Positions 10,428-23,182 of a DNA stretch of 64,000 bases are shown here, one piece after another. Source of the DNA: Fistulifera solaris. Lineage: Eukaryota. Every line of letters starts with the position of its first letter. Within the stretch, counting starts at the first letter, position 1. The position numbers and the translations under genes were made by a program. Under the pieces are notes generated by a model. It saw nothing but the letters and a program-made list of their open reading frames with translations. It did not search any database and was not told the origin of the DNA. Location of the stretch: the NCBI GenBank assembly GCA_030295235.1, contig AP026158.1:1-64000 (forward strand). Reading direction: 5' to 3'.

Positions 10428-13051
10428 ATGATGTGCACAAAAATTTTGGTGCTACTTATATACTTACCATCAATACTGGTAGCGGAGCCTTCTGGCGCTT
10501 TTATTCAGCCGAGGTCGAGATTCAAAGGGCCGGCGTTGTCAATTAGATCAAATCTTTCCAGATTCACGACAGCACAAGCCGCAGTGGCAAATGATAGAGA
10601 GACTTATGCAGAGGAATTGAAACGAAAAGCTGCTGAGATACGACTTGAGGCAGAAAGCATGGATATGAAATTGACTTTAGAAAAGATTTCGTCTTTAGAG
10701 CGAAAAATTGCAGCGAATAAACAACAAAATGAAATTGAAGAAATGCAAAGACAACTGGAAGCTTTGAGGAGGCGCCTCAACGGCGATTCGAGCGTTAAGA
10801 CGACTACTCTTGAGAAGACGATGAATAAAAGCAAAAGTGACCCAACAAACATTGCTCGACCATCAACTTCTACACCCTCAATAAATGATCGTATCACTCG
10901 TTCTTCGGACATGACGTACGACGATATGCTAAAAGAATGTCCTATTGCTGGTTTTGACGAGGAAGATCTTGCTCTTTACATTCCCGTGTGTCAACGATTG
11001 GAGGAACAGATGCCAAATGCGACAGACGTTACTTTAATGACGGTCTTTCGACAGGAAGAATCCTTGCAAAAGCATTTTCAAGAAAAGGTTACCAAAATGA
11101 TTGCAGAACCATTAGAAGATTTGCAGAAAATGGAGTCATTACGCAGTCAGTACCTGCAGTCGACGAGCCGCCTTGAAAAAGATCAGCTGAAGCGAGAAAT
11201 GAAAGCCCTGGAACGAAAGCAGCAATCCATGATGGCGGGTATTGATGGTGTCTTTTGAACCTTCCTCCTCTCACTCCAGAACGACTGAAGGAACGTTTGA
11301 AGCTATAGAAGCTCTGCCGCGTACACTCAGAGCAGTTTACATGAGTAGGACTGGGTCTACGAATACATCAATGGCAATTTACTTGGACTATTATGACGCC
11401 CAGTTACAATTATTGGAACAAGTTCCTCAAGTTGAAGGGATTGATGTAATGGAAGTCCGCCGTACCGTCGAAACGTTACCATATGCGCTACAAGAATATA
11501 TTGCTGAAAAGGGAGGAGTAGCGGATGAATGGAATATCGATTTGTTGGTTGAGAAGTTGATGGAGAAAGATGAGGACGAGCAACAGCCAGCAAATCAGTG
11601 GGCAAGGGTACAAAATGGTGGTTTTTCCGTGACAGTCGAGCGTGGAGATACAACGGACATTGATTATCTTGATCGATCCCGTTACGTTTCCGAGTTGTAC
11701 CCAGCTTTGGCACGAATGCCGAGCCCTTCTCAAACCGAAGTGGAGGGAATATTGCAACGAGTGGCGCCACTCTTTATGGTTCGATCGAAGCCGGAGAAAG
11801 TCGTTGGTGGCTATTATTTGCGCGGGGAAAACATGATTTCGGATGATGAAAATGGCTTGAAGCTCAGCGAAAAATTGGAAGAGGTGTTTCGTGACACCAG
11901 CATGCAATGTTTTTACATCCAAGATCCGTCGCCTGTCAGTGACGAAAACTTCGAGATGGGTTATCAATATGAATCGGTAATATTTGTCACATCCGGAAAT
12001 TTTTCTGATTTGTACCGTAGCGCCGGAACTGTTGAAAAGGTTGCGCTTGCCACTCTCTCTGTATTCATGGTATGGGTCTTTGCAGTCGCGGGCTGTGAAA
12101 TGCAGCCGATTTTGAGCGAACGGATTGACCAGACGCTCACCGAAGTGAATGCTAACACTGCTGATTTGTCGTGGCTTTTAAATATTCTCAGTCCGACCAT
12201 CATGTCCATGTTTACCATTTATGTATCTCACGAGCTTGGTCATAAGCTTATCGGTTGGAAGGACAACGTAAGTACAACAATAAGATTGGCTATGATTGGG
12301 CATCATCGACAAAACCATTTTCTGAGCCATCGCTACAGTTTCAGGTTGGTCTGCCATCTCCAATCCCGTCTATCCAGCTGGGTATCTTGTCTTCGATTAC
12401 GCCTATCAAATCACCTCCTCCCACGCTGAGATCCATGTTCGACTTCGCTATTGCGGGTCCTCTTTTCGGGCTGCTGGCGTCGTTTGCGTTTTTTCATAAC
12501 TGGACTAACGATGACATCGTCGTCCGTCGATCTTTCTCTATTTCCAGCAGTGCCGGTTTACATGCTAAAGGCCAGTGCTGTATGCGGGGGTTTTACAGAA
12601 TTTTATTTGGGGAATGGAATTCTCGAGGTAGGGCCAACCTTGCCTCTTCATCCATATGCCATTAGCGGCGCCGTTGGGATTCTTGCCAATGCTTTGGCGT
12701 TATTACCATTAGGACGTAAGTACAACGTATTCTTGTATCAGAACATAAATGAGAATGGTCTCACATCTTTGGCTTGCAGATACGGACGGTGGACGCATCG
12801 CTCTAAGTATGTTTGGTAGACGAGGGGCGTTCGTTATCAAGTCTTTCGCTGCGTTGCTCATCTGCCTATCTGGACTCGTAGGACTCGACAACTCACATAT
12901 TCAGTTGACGTATTTGCTGTTTGCAATTATTTGGCAAAGAGAACTGGAAACTCCAGCGCGGAACGAAGTTGCTGAAATAGATATTGTCAGAGGAGCATGC
13001 GGCATTGCAATGGCTTTGCTTGTGTCCCTGATTTTGCTTCCAGCGCAGTAA
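10428..13051 (+). CDS. Plastid-targeted M50 (site-2/EGY-like) membrane metalloprotease, paralog 1
   Basis: Signal peptide ending SGA-FIQP; HELGH; MFDFAIAGP; LHPYAI; NALALLPLG|TDGGR. Introns ~12268-12339 and ~12716-12779; frameshifts ~11260-11290 and ~12490. Confidence 0.85.
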
Positions 13052-13133
13052 TTCTGTGGTCAAATAAAGATTCCGCTGTGGCACTAGCATTGCTGCACCA
13101 AATTTTAGACTAGCTAATCTTTGAACTGTGATA

Positions 13134-14062
13134 GCTAATTGCTTTCATTGGCGAACTCGTCAATAGCAGAGAAGGTTTGGCAGGTAAAAGCATATTGGGC
13201 TCACTGGATATACTTCAAGATTTGGATCACTTTGTTGAGGACAACCAGAACCAGCGAAGTCATCCACGGATTCGGAATTCCAATTCCAATAGCACAAGTT
13301 CGCACTAACGATGTCGCACCATTGAACATTCGGGTGGCATTTGCTACTGTTGTAATGTCCCATTCGCTTTGGTTGAAAGATTGGGCGCGAGCAAAGCAGA
13401 AACCCAAATCCTGCAAATTCTCAGCCTTCCAACCTCCGATTTCCTGGTTGAAGTTTGTAGTCAGTTGAAACATATTGCGAAACGACCGAACCCGTTCTAC
13501 ATTCCATTCTCCGATACTTCCATCAAAGGGTGTTGCAGCAAACACGTTGCTCATGTCTGCGACTTGTGATGTGTTTCAACTCGAAACGTCTCCTTCGAAT
13601 GACGAGGCATTGTAAAACAAAGTCGACATGTCCGTTACACGGGAAGTGTCCCAGGGTAAATTCTGGTTTTATGATGTGGCTTGCAGGAACATTGCCTTGA
13701 GACTCGTCACGCTACTTGTTTTCCACAGCAATGGTTGATTGAAGGATGCTGCGTTGGCAAACGCGAACTGCAAACTTGTCGCTCTTGATGTATCCCAACG
13801 ACTAGTATCTGCATTGAAGCGGCTACCACCATAAAAAGCGAAACAAAGATCTTGCACTTGCCACAGGAATATCCGAATCAACCGAAAAGGATGGTCGACG
13901 AATTTTCATAGGTTCGCGCTGATCTTCCGTTCCGCTTTTCATATCACTATTCTCCTCATTAAATCTGCGATGTATAATCTGATCTAACATGCTCAAAAGC
14001 AATGAATCGCAAGGAAAAAGGGACGATTGATACTTCATCCATCTCATCATCGTCATGGTCAA
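13134..14062 (-). CDS. DUF285/BspA-like leucine-rich-repeat surface protein (fragmented; possibly a pseudogene)
   Basis: Repeats FNADTSRWDTSRATSLQFAF, FNQPLLWKTSSVTSLKAMF, FDGSIGEWNVERVRSFRNMF and FNQEIGGW, then C-terminal LCYW..FAGSGCP..SDP...P.C, across several frames. Boundaries approximate. Confidence 0.75.
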
Positions 14063-14947
14063 AAATTATAGGAGTATGATTCATGACGCATGACTGAAAT
14101 TCAATCATGGAGAAAAACGGATAAATTTGGACCTATAGTACAATAGGATCCAAGCTGATCCGGTTTGCTTTGCAACTTGAAAGATGATTATGGGGTGCAA
14201 TGGCGACACATGCCACCCATGTGATAATAAGCAATTATCTTACTGTATTGAATTATCAAAATACCGAGCAAAACCTCAAAACCAGCCTTGCATTCGGCTT
14301 TGAATTGTTGCATGAATCAAAACTCTGATTCTTCAAGCTTGTCATTCTTTATTAGACCAACTATGAGGATTGCGTCGAAAGAAATAAGGAACTTGCTCGG
14401 TTTTGAAACGCATAACATTGAGAAGATTTGCAAAATGATTAGACGTACGGTACCTGGTAAGGTTAAGTTTAATAAACTTTTACTTCTCGTGACTAAATTC
14501 AGTCTTGTATAAAGTATCGAGGTGTCACCATCATAATGGATTTTCGAGTAAAGCGAATCGAAAATGCGTTGCACAAGTATTTCGTAGAAGGAAACCGCTT
14601 ATGTTGACTACAGCAGAGATGTCAACAAGAGGAAGAGGCAACATGGTGGATGCATGAAATCAAAAATGATGGAATAATTGTTGCAGCTCATGACTCCAAT
14701 TCAGTCACGTCAATGTACGTTACACGTTACATCTTCACGTTGGTCGATAGTCGATACAAGATACAAGTACTTTCGTCGTCCATCCGTCGTACCGCCACGG
14801 AACCTAACGAACGTGGAGAGTGCGTCGAGAGACGTCATCTTTCGGCGTTTGCTTTTGTCGCTCTTGCAAAAGGCAAACGGAATCCATTTTGCTGCTTTCA
14901 ACTATCGGTTACTATTCATAGTCATAAATAGCCGGTTTAAACAAACA

Positions 14948-17526
14948 ATGAGGAAAGTTATTTCAGTCGTGTACTCATTTCTACTGTTGCTGCGGTTGCG
15001 GGACAATCACGCCTTTGTCGTGCCCGCTAAAAGATTGACTGTTGCATTTACGAGTTCTACCAGTGGTTTAAGACGAAGCAATCCTACGACCGAACTTTTC
15101 TTTTCGACGAATAATAATAATGATGAGAATAATACAAATAATGATGCCAGTGGTAGCAGCGATGGAAAATTTAATCGATTTAAGAGTCTATTGGGTCGAT
15201 TGCTTGTCAAGGAGACGCCGTCATCCTCCTCGTCTTCGCAGTCGCAGGAAGATACTTCTCGAGATACTTCGCTTCTCGTCGTAGATAAAGGCGAAATAGA
15301 TAACAATGCAAGCAACAAGGAAGATGAGCTAAAATACGAAGCGCTAGAGCCGATGGAACAGGCGAAGAGACTACGCAGTGCAGCCGAAAAAGCTAGACTC
15401 GAAGCTGAACGAATGGACGTCGCTTTGACGCTAGAGAAAATTGCCCGTCTGGAGAAAGAAATGACCAAGCCCAATGCCGAAGTGGACACGCTGCAGCAGC
15501 AGCTCATGGTCTTACAACGCAAGCTCGCACAGTCATCTTCCTCGAGTACCATAAACAACAGTCATACCACGACTACGAATGTTGCCACGAGTACGGAAAC
15601 GACGAAATCCGATGAAAAATTTACCAAGGAGGAGGAGATCCGTGACTTTAGCACCACTGAGCTATCTAAAATTGTCGAGCCCGTCAACGAAGATGATATT
15701 CGAAAGGAAGTTGAAATACTCGAAATGACCCCAAAGTTCATGCTCGAATCTTTGGCAGGAGCGTCTGGAGAAGTACCCGATGAAAACGGTGTTTACAATC
15801 TCACAAGTGTGGCAATGAAACTCGATCAAGTCAGACGATATGATTTTTCAAACAATCCCAAACCTGCGCCGGTTTTTAGTGCAGCGCAAATCAAGGAAAA
15901 GGAAGAAGAATTAAAGAAAGAAGCTATATGGTGGACGATGAGTCCCCTCAAAGCAAAGGCAGGTGGCAATTCTACCAGGTTTGCGCTTCTACTGCTTGAA
16001 TTTGAATACTATACTAGTGATGATATTGTAGATGAGGAGGATGTGGGAGATTTTAATGACAAGCTTACGGAAAACAATGAATGGCTACAACAGTTCAATA
16101 AATCGCGAGTGGACTCGGGCATCGACATGCTGTATCCCGCATGTACACGGCGAAGTGAGATCCCTACTGAAGCGGTGATGGAACGGTTTATGAAGCAGGT
16201 CTTGCCCAAAACAGATTTCGTACCGTCGGGTACCTATCAAAAAGTGGAGAGTGGGTATATCATACGCGGCAGTGCTAAACATGACAATTCGAAAGTAGTG
16301 GAGTCGATTGACCGCGCGTTAGGCCCGCTAGCGGAGAAAATGACCGTTCTTTATACACCAGATTTTACTATTTATACTGATGATGAGATTCCAAGCGAAC
16401 CATTCTTCGATCCGAATTCCCAATCTCCTATGCTGTACGTTATTGGTCCAGAAGCAACTCGCGAATCAAAACCCATTCAGCTAGGTATTACGTCCGCTCT
16501 TGGTCTAGCGACGTCGTGGTATTTGAGTATCTATCCTTTTCTCTTTAATACTGGAATCGCTAAACGTGTCGACGACGATTTGGCACTGGTCGATGCCGGT
16601 TTGCAGCCCGATTTGCTTTGGTTGACGGACCTGAGCGTGCCTTTGTTTGCGTCTTTCATGAGCATTTTACTGGCACACGAAATGGGCCATATCATTGCTG
16701 CTGGTATTCACAAAGTAAGTTGCAAAAGTGTGTTCAAGCGTTCGTTAAGGTACTCGATGTCTAATCCACAGTCCACAGTTCAAATCATCTGTACCAATTT
16801 TTGTCCCATCATTCATAACAGGGGTGACAAGTACCGTTACCACTTTTAAAACACTGCCTCCGACGAAGAATGCCATGTTTGATTTTTGGTCTAGCTGGAC
16901 CTGCTTTGGGAATTTTCGCTAGCGTTGCAGCTCTTGCTGTTGGTAGCCAGCTGACGGTTGCCGGAGACCCAACCAACTTCCCAGCTCTCCCTCTAGATAT
17001 ATTGCGGCAAAGTACGTTAGGAGGGGGTATTATCGATTATTTTCTCGGGGGTGGAGCTTTATATGTTCCTGAAGGTGCCTTGGGTACAAGTGCAGTTGCA
17101 CAAATGACCATTCCTCTCCACCCCATTGCACTCGCAGGATATATAGGACTCATTGTGAATGCTCTGAGTCTTCTTCCGATTGGTAGTGAGTTGCTAATTA
17201 GGTTTGTTACTGCACTTGATGAAAACGATGACTAACTGAAATGCTCTTTCTTCTCATGTAGCAACGGACGGTGGCCGTATTGCTTTGGCCCTGTTTGGTC
17301 GACCATCAAAATTAGCTGTCGGAAACATTACCATGTTCGCCTTGCTCATCGCTGGAGTTCTGGGATCTGATCTTTTTCTTTTCTATTTTGCCTTTTGTTT
17401 GGCTTTCCAAAGCGGCAACGAAGTCCCAGCCCGCAATGAAGTGGAAGGGTAGACTTGCCACGTGTTTTCGCGGCAACCGGAGCATACATTATCGTCCTGC
17501 TAGCATTGATACCCTTTCAAATATAG
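14948..17526 (+). CDS. Plastid-targeted M50 (EGY-like) metalloprotease, paralog 2
   Basis: MRKVISVVYSFLLLLRLRDNHA-FVVP presequence; HEMGH; AMFDFGLAGP; LHPIAL; NALSLLPIG|TDGGR. Introns ~16715-16778 and ~17186-17261; frameshifts ~16884 and ~17447. Confidence 0.87.
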
Positions 17527-18438
17527 AGATCAGAATTAAAAAGAAACTGACCCTATCCAGCGTTTTCCTACGTGTCGGTGGCTTATGCCTGCTGTATCCA
17601 CGCCGTTCGCTTTCGCATGTTAGACATCTACGGTTCTGTTTGTGGACAACAGCTTCTCCGTTTGGAATTGTGCCATTTCCGTTCTACTGAAGCTTAGCAT
17701 TTAGCTTTGACGTCGAGCGGCCTTCATTACAAAACCGAACATTCAAAGCAACGAGGATGTTAGGTGGCTACTTTGTACTTAGTAAGCTAGCGGGCAGTGG
17801 GCCACCTAATAAATGGCTTGATGATAGGGGGGTTCGCAATTTACATCCTTCAAGGTGTTCAAATTTTAGCTAAGGGCTACAGTGTACTCCGAGTTATAAG
17901 GTATGTGATTTCAATAGTGAGAGGTCAAAAGTAAAGCTGCGACAAATGACAAATAATGATAGGCTAATTTCTAAGCAGCCACAGTAAAGAACGTTGACGA
18001 AGACAGTTCCACGGACATGTTCTCCATACTGCAGTTGTATCTTGAGTCGTCTTGAGGCCTCGACGACCGACGACCGACGACCGACGCGACGACGACTCTC
18101 CTCCTCCTCGACGATGATGGATGATATTTCATAGTAGTAGTTTACACAAGTTGAACCTATCGGTAAGTTATAAGTTATCCTCTGATTAATACTCCTGAAG
18201 TTGTTGTTCTTGACACCGAACGTAGACAGTGATACATTCTGTACTTCGTTTGGTAAACACATACCACAGGTCACACGTATCATGGAAGGCATTACTGGTA
18301 CCCATCACCATCCCGGCATTCGCCAAACGCGAACAGCCAACTTTCCTTGGTAACGATGTACTCCGTAACAAACCCGAAGACCTCCGTTGCTCTTCATTTG
18401 TCATAGATTCCATAAAACGAGTACATTTCCAAATAATA

Positions 18439-19559
18439 ATGAGCGGAAAAAGAGAATTGGAAAATCGAGACGGCGATGGTATGAAACAGCTTGCTATTCG
18501 CGTTCAGATCGCAATGAAATAAAACTCAAATTGACTCTTTTCTTGTCCTTTCGTCATTTTTCAGGAGCGAATGCTCAAGATCATTTGAAAAGGCGTGTTA
18601 GAGGTCGTTCAGAAGCCTCTCATCCTTCTAAAAAACGAGCAAAAAGTGAGGTACTACCATCAAACACTGGAAAAGATGGCAAGGTAAAAGGCAAGAAGGC
18701 AAAGAATGAATCGAACGGTTTGTTTTTCCCACAGAAACTCATGCAAATAATGGAGCACCGCGAGTATTTAGATGCGATAAAGTGGTCCAGCGATGGATGT
18801 GCATTCGGTATCAATCCAGGACCGTTTACTGAGAAGATAATCGATACATATTTTCAAGGTGGTCTCTTCGAAAGCATGCAGAAGCGACTCTCTAGGTGGG
18901 GTTTTCAGAGAGTTCCGATGCATCTTGAGTTCACGGGAACCTGGATTGCATATCATCATGTGCTCTTTGAGCGAGGAAAACCAGAGCTATTTCAGAACTT
19001 GTTATCTACCGAGATGCTGAAGATAATGGCAAAGAACAAAGAAGAATATGCCTTGGTTCCAGAAAGAAGGACGTCGCATTCGCAAATACCCGGTCGAGAA
19101 GCAGAGGGACCGACTGCGTTGAACGGTGACGATAATGAAGCAACATGTATATTCCCACAAGCAGCTTCTGCTAACAATGTCTGGTCTTTACAGCATCCTC
19201 TTTCAATGAACTTTGTTCATTCGCAAAACCTTTCACGGTTGAACGTTGGTGAGATATCGTCCAACTCGACGGGGTTTTCGCCAGTCAATAGCCATCAGGC
19301 AAACCTTCTTCCTTTTCAACAATCGCAGCTGTCGAGATATTTGCAGCAAGTAAGAAATTTATCAGTTCCCAGGAATGTATCATCGAATCTACTCCTGAAT
19401 TCGTCACGAGTAGATCCTCTGACACGACCATGGGCCGACAACGAAAGAATTTTATCTTTGGTGTCTATTAATCCCTCTAATTCTTTGGATGCGCTTCGCG
19501 TAGCAAGCCTAACGGATGAGCAACTGCTTGTGCTCTATCTCCGTTCCAGACAACTTTAG
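18439..19559 (+). CDS. Heat-shock-factor (HSF) DNA-binding domain protein 1
   Basis: FPQKLMQIM..AIKWSSDGCAFGI..YFQGGLFESMQKRLSRWGF..YHHVLFERGKP. Likely ATG 18439 and intron ~18479-18564. Confidence 0.88.
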
Positions 19560-19600
19560 TGATAGTAACTTGTCAAAGACAACCAAATCTTTATTTTTAG

Positions 19601-21958
19601 TTATTGTAGCACGGCGTACACTTCTTTCGCGCAAGCCTTTGCGACATCTCCATGCGGTGAAGCGGCTGGTTCGACCATTGATGCCATGTAGAGACTGTTG
19701 GCTATTGATTTGGCACTCGCATGAGACAACACTAGCGTACCAAGTGACTGAAGTGTCCGTGAAAGTGCTTCTGTTTCGTATTTGCGATTGGTCAAAATGT
19801 CCTTGATAATGGAAATAATGGTATCGCAAATCACAACTGTGGCTTTGTCTGTTTGTCTATCATGAGGTAGCTGCATGGAGAAGACTAAATTGTGCAGCAC
19901 GGTTGCTACCGACAGTCGAACATTCTTATTGTCGGACTGCATGTGTCTTGCAGCGCACGCCAGCAAAAGTTCTCGGTCCAAAGACGACAAACATGCGGGA
20001 TTGGCAGCTAAAACATTTGCCGCCAATCGCAAGGTCAACATCGGAATTGCTACTGCCGCCGGTCCCGATAACGTCCCGAACGATGATTGATCCATCTCAC
20101 ATGCCGCTTTCACTAGAGACGACGCATTGTATCGCGCGCCATCTGGATGTCGTATTGCCATGCGTGCCAGGTCCAAGGCGGGAAAGACCAAGGACGGCGA
20201 CAGAGTTTGTATGCAATGCTGAAGAAATTGCCAATGCTGCGGTGTGATATGACTAACGTGATAGCGCTGTGTGGCGCCCAACAACTGGACAAATGATGCT
20301 AACGTGGATCGATGCGTGTCATCGGACAAAGTTTCTTCCAATTTAGATTGAATTTTCGACAGCGTCGTCGTTGCTGTGGCTGCTGTCAAATCAAATGTTT
20401 TAGCGTGTGCAATGGGGAGATGTTGATAGGATACGAAAGGTGTTCCGGTGGTCGCCCGAGGCAATGTGTTGAAAGCCGGGCCCGCTGAGCCAGCAGAGCC
20501 AATCGTCGGTGGCGCGGTACCCACGCGTTGTTGGATGTAATCCGCAATTTGCGCCAGGTGATATTGAGGCAATTGATGAGCATCCAGAAAGCGTTGTGCT
20601 GCCACGAATGCATTCTCTCCAATATTGTATCCGACACGCAACTGCGCCACACCGCCACCCGTCTGATCGACTTCAATAGGCAAGACGTGATCGTAATGGA
20701 CACCATCAATCACGCCACTACCACTACTATCACTTCCTTGATTACCAACAACCTGTCCGACTTCAATCCAGGTGGAAGAGGCCATACTCCATTGTGCCGC
20801 TATGGCGATGCCATTTTTCTGAAAAACTTGTACTTGTCCTTCCGAAGTGCCTCGATGCTGTGCTTGATGCTCCCATTTCGGCAATTTGGCGATTTCCTCC
20901 GAAGAGGGCCCCGTTTTGGTGTGTGCCTGATTGACTAACCGTCGAAAAGCTTCTTGTTCCGCGACATCTGCAACCCGTTCCGTGGCCCTAGTGAAAACTC
21001 GGAATTGCCCATCATCACAGCACGTGGCGACATCACCATTGGGCAAGTTAACTACATTCCATACCGTTGTAGGATGCAAGATCGTTTGAGGAAGTTGCTC
21101 ATCTTGCAACGACCAAAATACGACGTGCCCATCTTCGGCACTCGCAATACAAGTCGTCGCATCACTGGATGATGTTAGCGAAAGCAACATGGGCGGGTGC
21201 TGCTGTTGTCCTTGCTGCAAAACGAACACCAACGTTCCCGTCGCTTTTCCTGTTTCTAAATTTCTCAGAATGACAGTTCCGTCATTAGAGCATGTCATGA
21301 GTGCCAAGTCATTGCGACAATGGATATTTCGAATCGGACCTTGATGATCGTTTGCGACGGAATGCAACAACTGCACGAGCCCCGTCTCGACATGAACACT
21401 CCAAATGCGGACTTGATAATCTTGGATGGTATTATTGACAGCGATTCCGGCCGATCCTGTGGCAATATTCAATACCTTCGGCTGCGACGAAGGCAAGGCA
21501 ACGACACATGTCGAATTTTCGTGTCCTTCGAGTGTCGCTACTAACACTTTGCGTTGCCAGTCCCACACTTTGACGGTTCCATCCCACGATCCTGATAAGA
21601 GGAAATAATTTTGTTGTGTTTGCGCCCAAGCTAAGGAAGTGACAGGTTTCGTATGCCCCTCTAATGTTCCGAGACATTCGTAGGAATTCGTTGCATCGAA
21701 ATATCGAATGACACTGTCTTTACACGCCGTAACGAGATGTGGGTGCAGAGACGTCACTGCCGTCACAGCATGATTGTGTTGAAAGGAAATTGGCTTTAAA
21801 GTACCCGAAGGTACGTGAAATTCACATAAGGAACCTCCTTGTGTTCCCACAACTATGCGAATGTTGGCGTTGTCGTCGTTCTCAATGACACAAGCCGTAC
21901 GAATCCCTTGATCGTCTAAAGAGGAGAATGTCTGCGATAATTCCCATTCGATTTGCAT
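19601..21958 (-). CDS. PLAA: Phospholipase A2-activating protein / Doa1-Ufd3 (WD40, PFU, PUL)
   Basis: WD40 repeats (LEGHTKPVTSL, SGSWDGTVKVW); PFU DGVHYDHVLPIEVD..YNIGENAFVAAQRFL..L..YHLAQIADYI; PUL FPALDLAR. Confidence 0.92.
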   Translation of the reverse strand: MQIEWELSQTFSSLDDQGIRTACVIENDDNANIRIVVGTQGGSLCEFHVPSGTLKPISFQHNHAVTAVTSLHPHLVTACKDSVIRYFDATNSYECLGTLEGHTKPVTSLAWAQTQQNYFLLSGSWDGTVKVWDWQRKVLVATLEGHENSTCVVALPSSQPKVLNIATGSAGIAVNNTIQDYQVRIWSVHVETGLVQLLHSVANDHQGPIRNIHCRNDLALMTCSNDGTVILRNLETGKATGTLVFVLQQGQQQHPPMLLSLTSSSDATTCIASAEDGHVVFWSLQDEQLPQTILHPTTVWNVVNLPNGDVATCCDDGQFRVFTRATERVADVAEQEAFRRLVNQAHTKTGPSSEEIAKLPKWEHQAQHRGTSEGQVQVFQKNGIAIAAQWSMASSTWIEVGQVVGNQGSDSSGSGVIDGVHYDHVLPIEVDQTGGGVAQLRVGYNIGENAFVAAQRFLDAHQLPQYHLAQIADYIQQRVGTAPPTIGSAGSAGPAFNTLPRATTGTPFVSYQHLPIAHAKTFDLTAATATTTLSKIQSKLEETLSDDTHRSTLASFVQLLGATQRYHVSHITPQHWQFLQHCIQTLSPSLVFPALDLARMAIRHPDGARYNASSLVKAACEMDQSSFGTLSGPAAVAIPMLTLRLAANVLAANPACLSSLDRELLLACAARHMQSDNKNVRLSVATVLHNLVFSMQLPHDRQTDKATVVICDTIISIIKDILTNRKYETEALSRTLQSLGTLVLSHASAKSIANSLYMASMVEPAASPHGDVAKACAKEVYAVLQ

Positions 21959-22407
21959 CTTTGCTCATGCAATTAGTCGCAGAGAGTAAAAGCGAATCGA
22001 ATGATGTTCAAAAGGACAAGTAAAAGACATTGACGTTTAGCAATAACAAAACTACTTTGAAATGGAGGAACGCGAGACGCGAGACGCGAGACGCGAAGAG
22101 ACGATGGTTGGCGAAGCAATTCGAATTATTTCGATGTCACAGCATGTTTCCGATCAGATATACAGTACGTCATCGTTGACGCGAGTTCCAGGACTGCGGA
22201 ATGTGAGTCGTCGGTCGTCACTTCTACAACATACCCGCGTAATACTGCGTTTCATTATTTCGGGTCATTGCGATCTTTCATCCTATTCATCATTCATCAT
22301 TGACCATCATTATCTATCTCCTTAAACAGTTGATCACTGATCACTCAATAGTATAGCATCTTCAACATTTCTTCTCCTGTTGACCCTCCTCCGCTGCAAC
22401 TAACAGC

Positions 22408-22803
22408 ATGCCCGCTCAAAGACAAGATCTTTCACAGTATTTGGTGGACAAAATGCTAGAAAATGATCTAAATGAACTCAGCGTGTATGAACTATATTTT
22501 CGGCACTGCCACGATCGAGAAGACCGTCGCAATGAATTGGGTGATGCTTTTGACGACTATGTGAACAAGCAAGACCGAGATTTACGCTCGGCTATCGAAA
22601 AGAATACGTCCGTCACTCACTTGACACTAGAAAGAATGCCCGACATGAGAGTGGATATAAAAGATTTTCTACTCCAACTCCTGAAACTTCGTAATCTTCG
22701 ATCGCTACAAGTAGACCTCGAATGTATAGAGTTTTCGACACTACAACTAGTGATTGATAATAGATGGGATTTAGAGGAGCTCACTGTATTTGACTGGAAT
22801 TAG
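22408..22803 (+). CDS. Hypothetical short leucine-rich-repeat-like protein (possibly truncated)
   Basis: 131-aa ORF with AIEKNTSVTHLTL..LLKLRNLRSLQV..LEELTV, resembling the start of an LRR protein. Confidence 0.45.
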   Translation: MPAQRQDLSQYLVDKMLENDLNELSVYELYFRHCHDREDRRNELGDAFDDYVNKQDRDLRSAIEKNTSVTHLTLERMPDMRVDIKDFLLQLLKLRNLRSLQVDLECIEFSTLQLVIDNRWDLEELTVFDWN

Positions 22804-23182
22804 CTCCGAGAGCTTGCCGAGGCGGATCAGAAGTATTTGAAATCGTTGCCTCCGAATACTGCATTTTCTTCTGTAGGCACAATTTCATTAAAGTTTACCG
22901 CATCTTTAGTTCTTGTGTATCATTATAGCTCAACCGTTTGTAAATGTGTGATCATAACAGTTGCAGTGGTGAACTGACATCCCTCCTCTGCTTGGCGTTT
23001 CTTCCATAATCTCATCATGCATGGATTCTCGTGACTCGTGCTATTATAGCAATGTTGGCTGGGAATAAGTACACTTCGTTTTCTCCAAAAGTGGGCGTCT
23101 TCTGTGTCCTTATACTGATGCTAAAGAACGTTTCCTCGGCTTTTTCGTGCTGAAATGAACAATACAATTGACCGGTCTGTTG

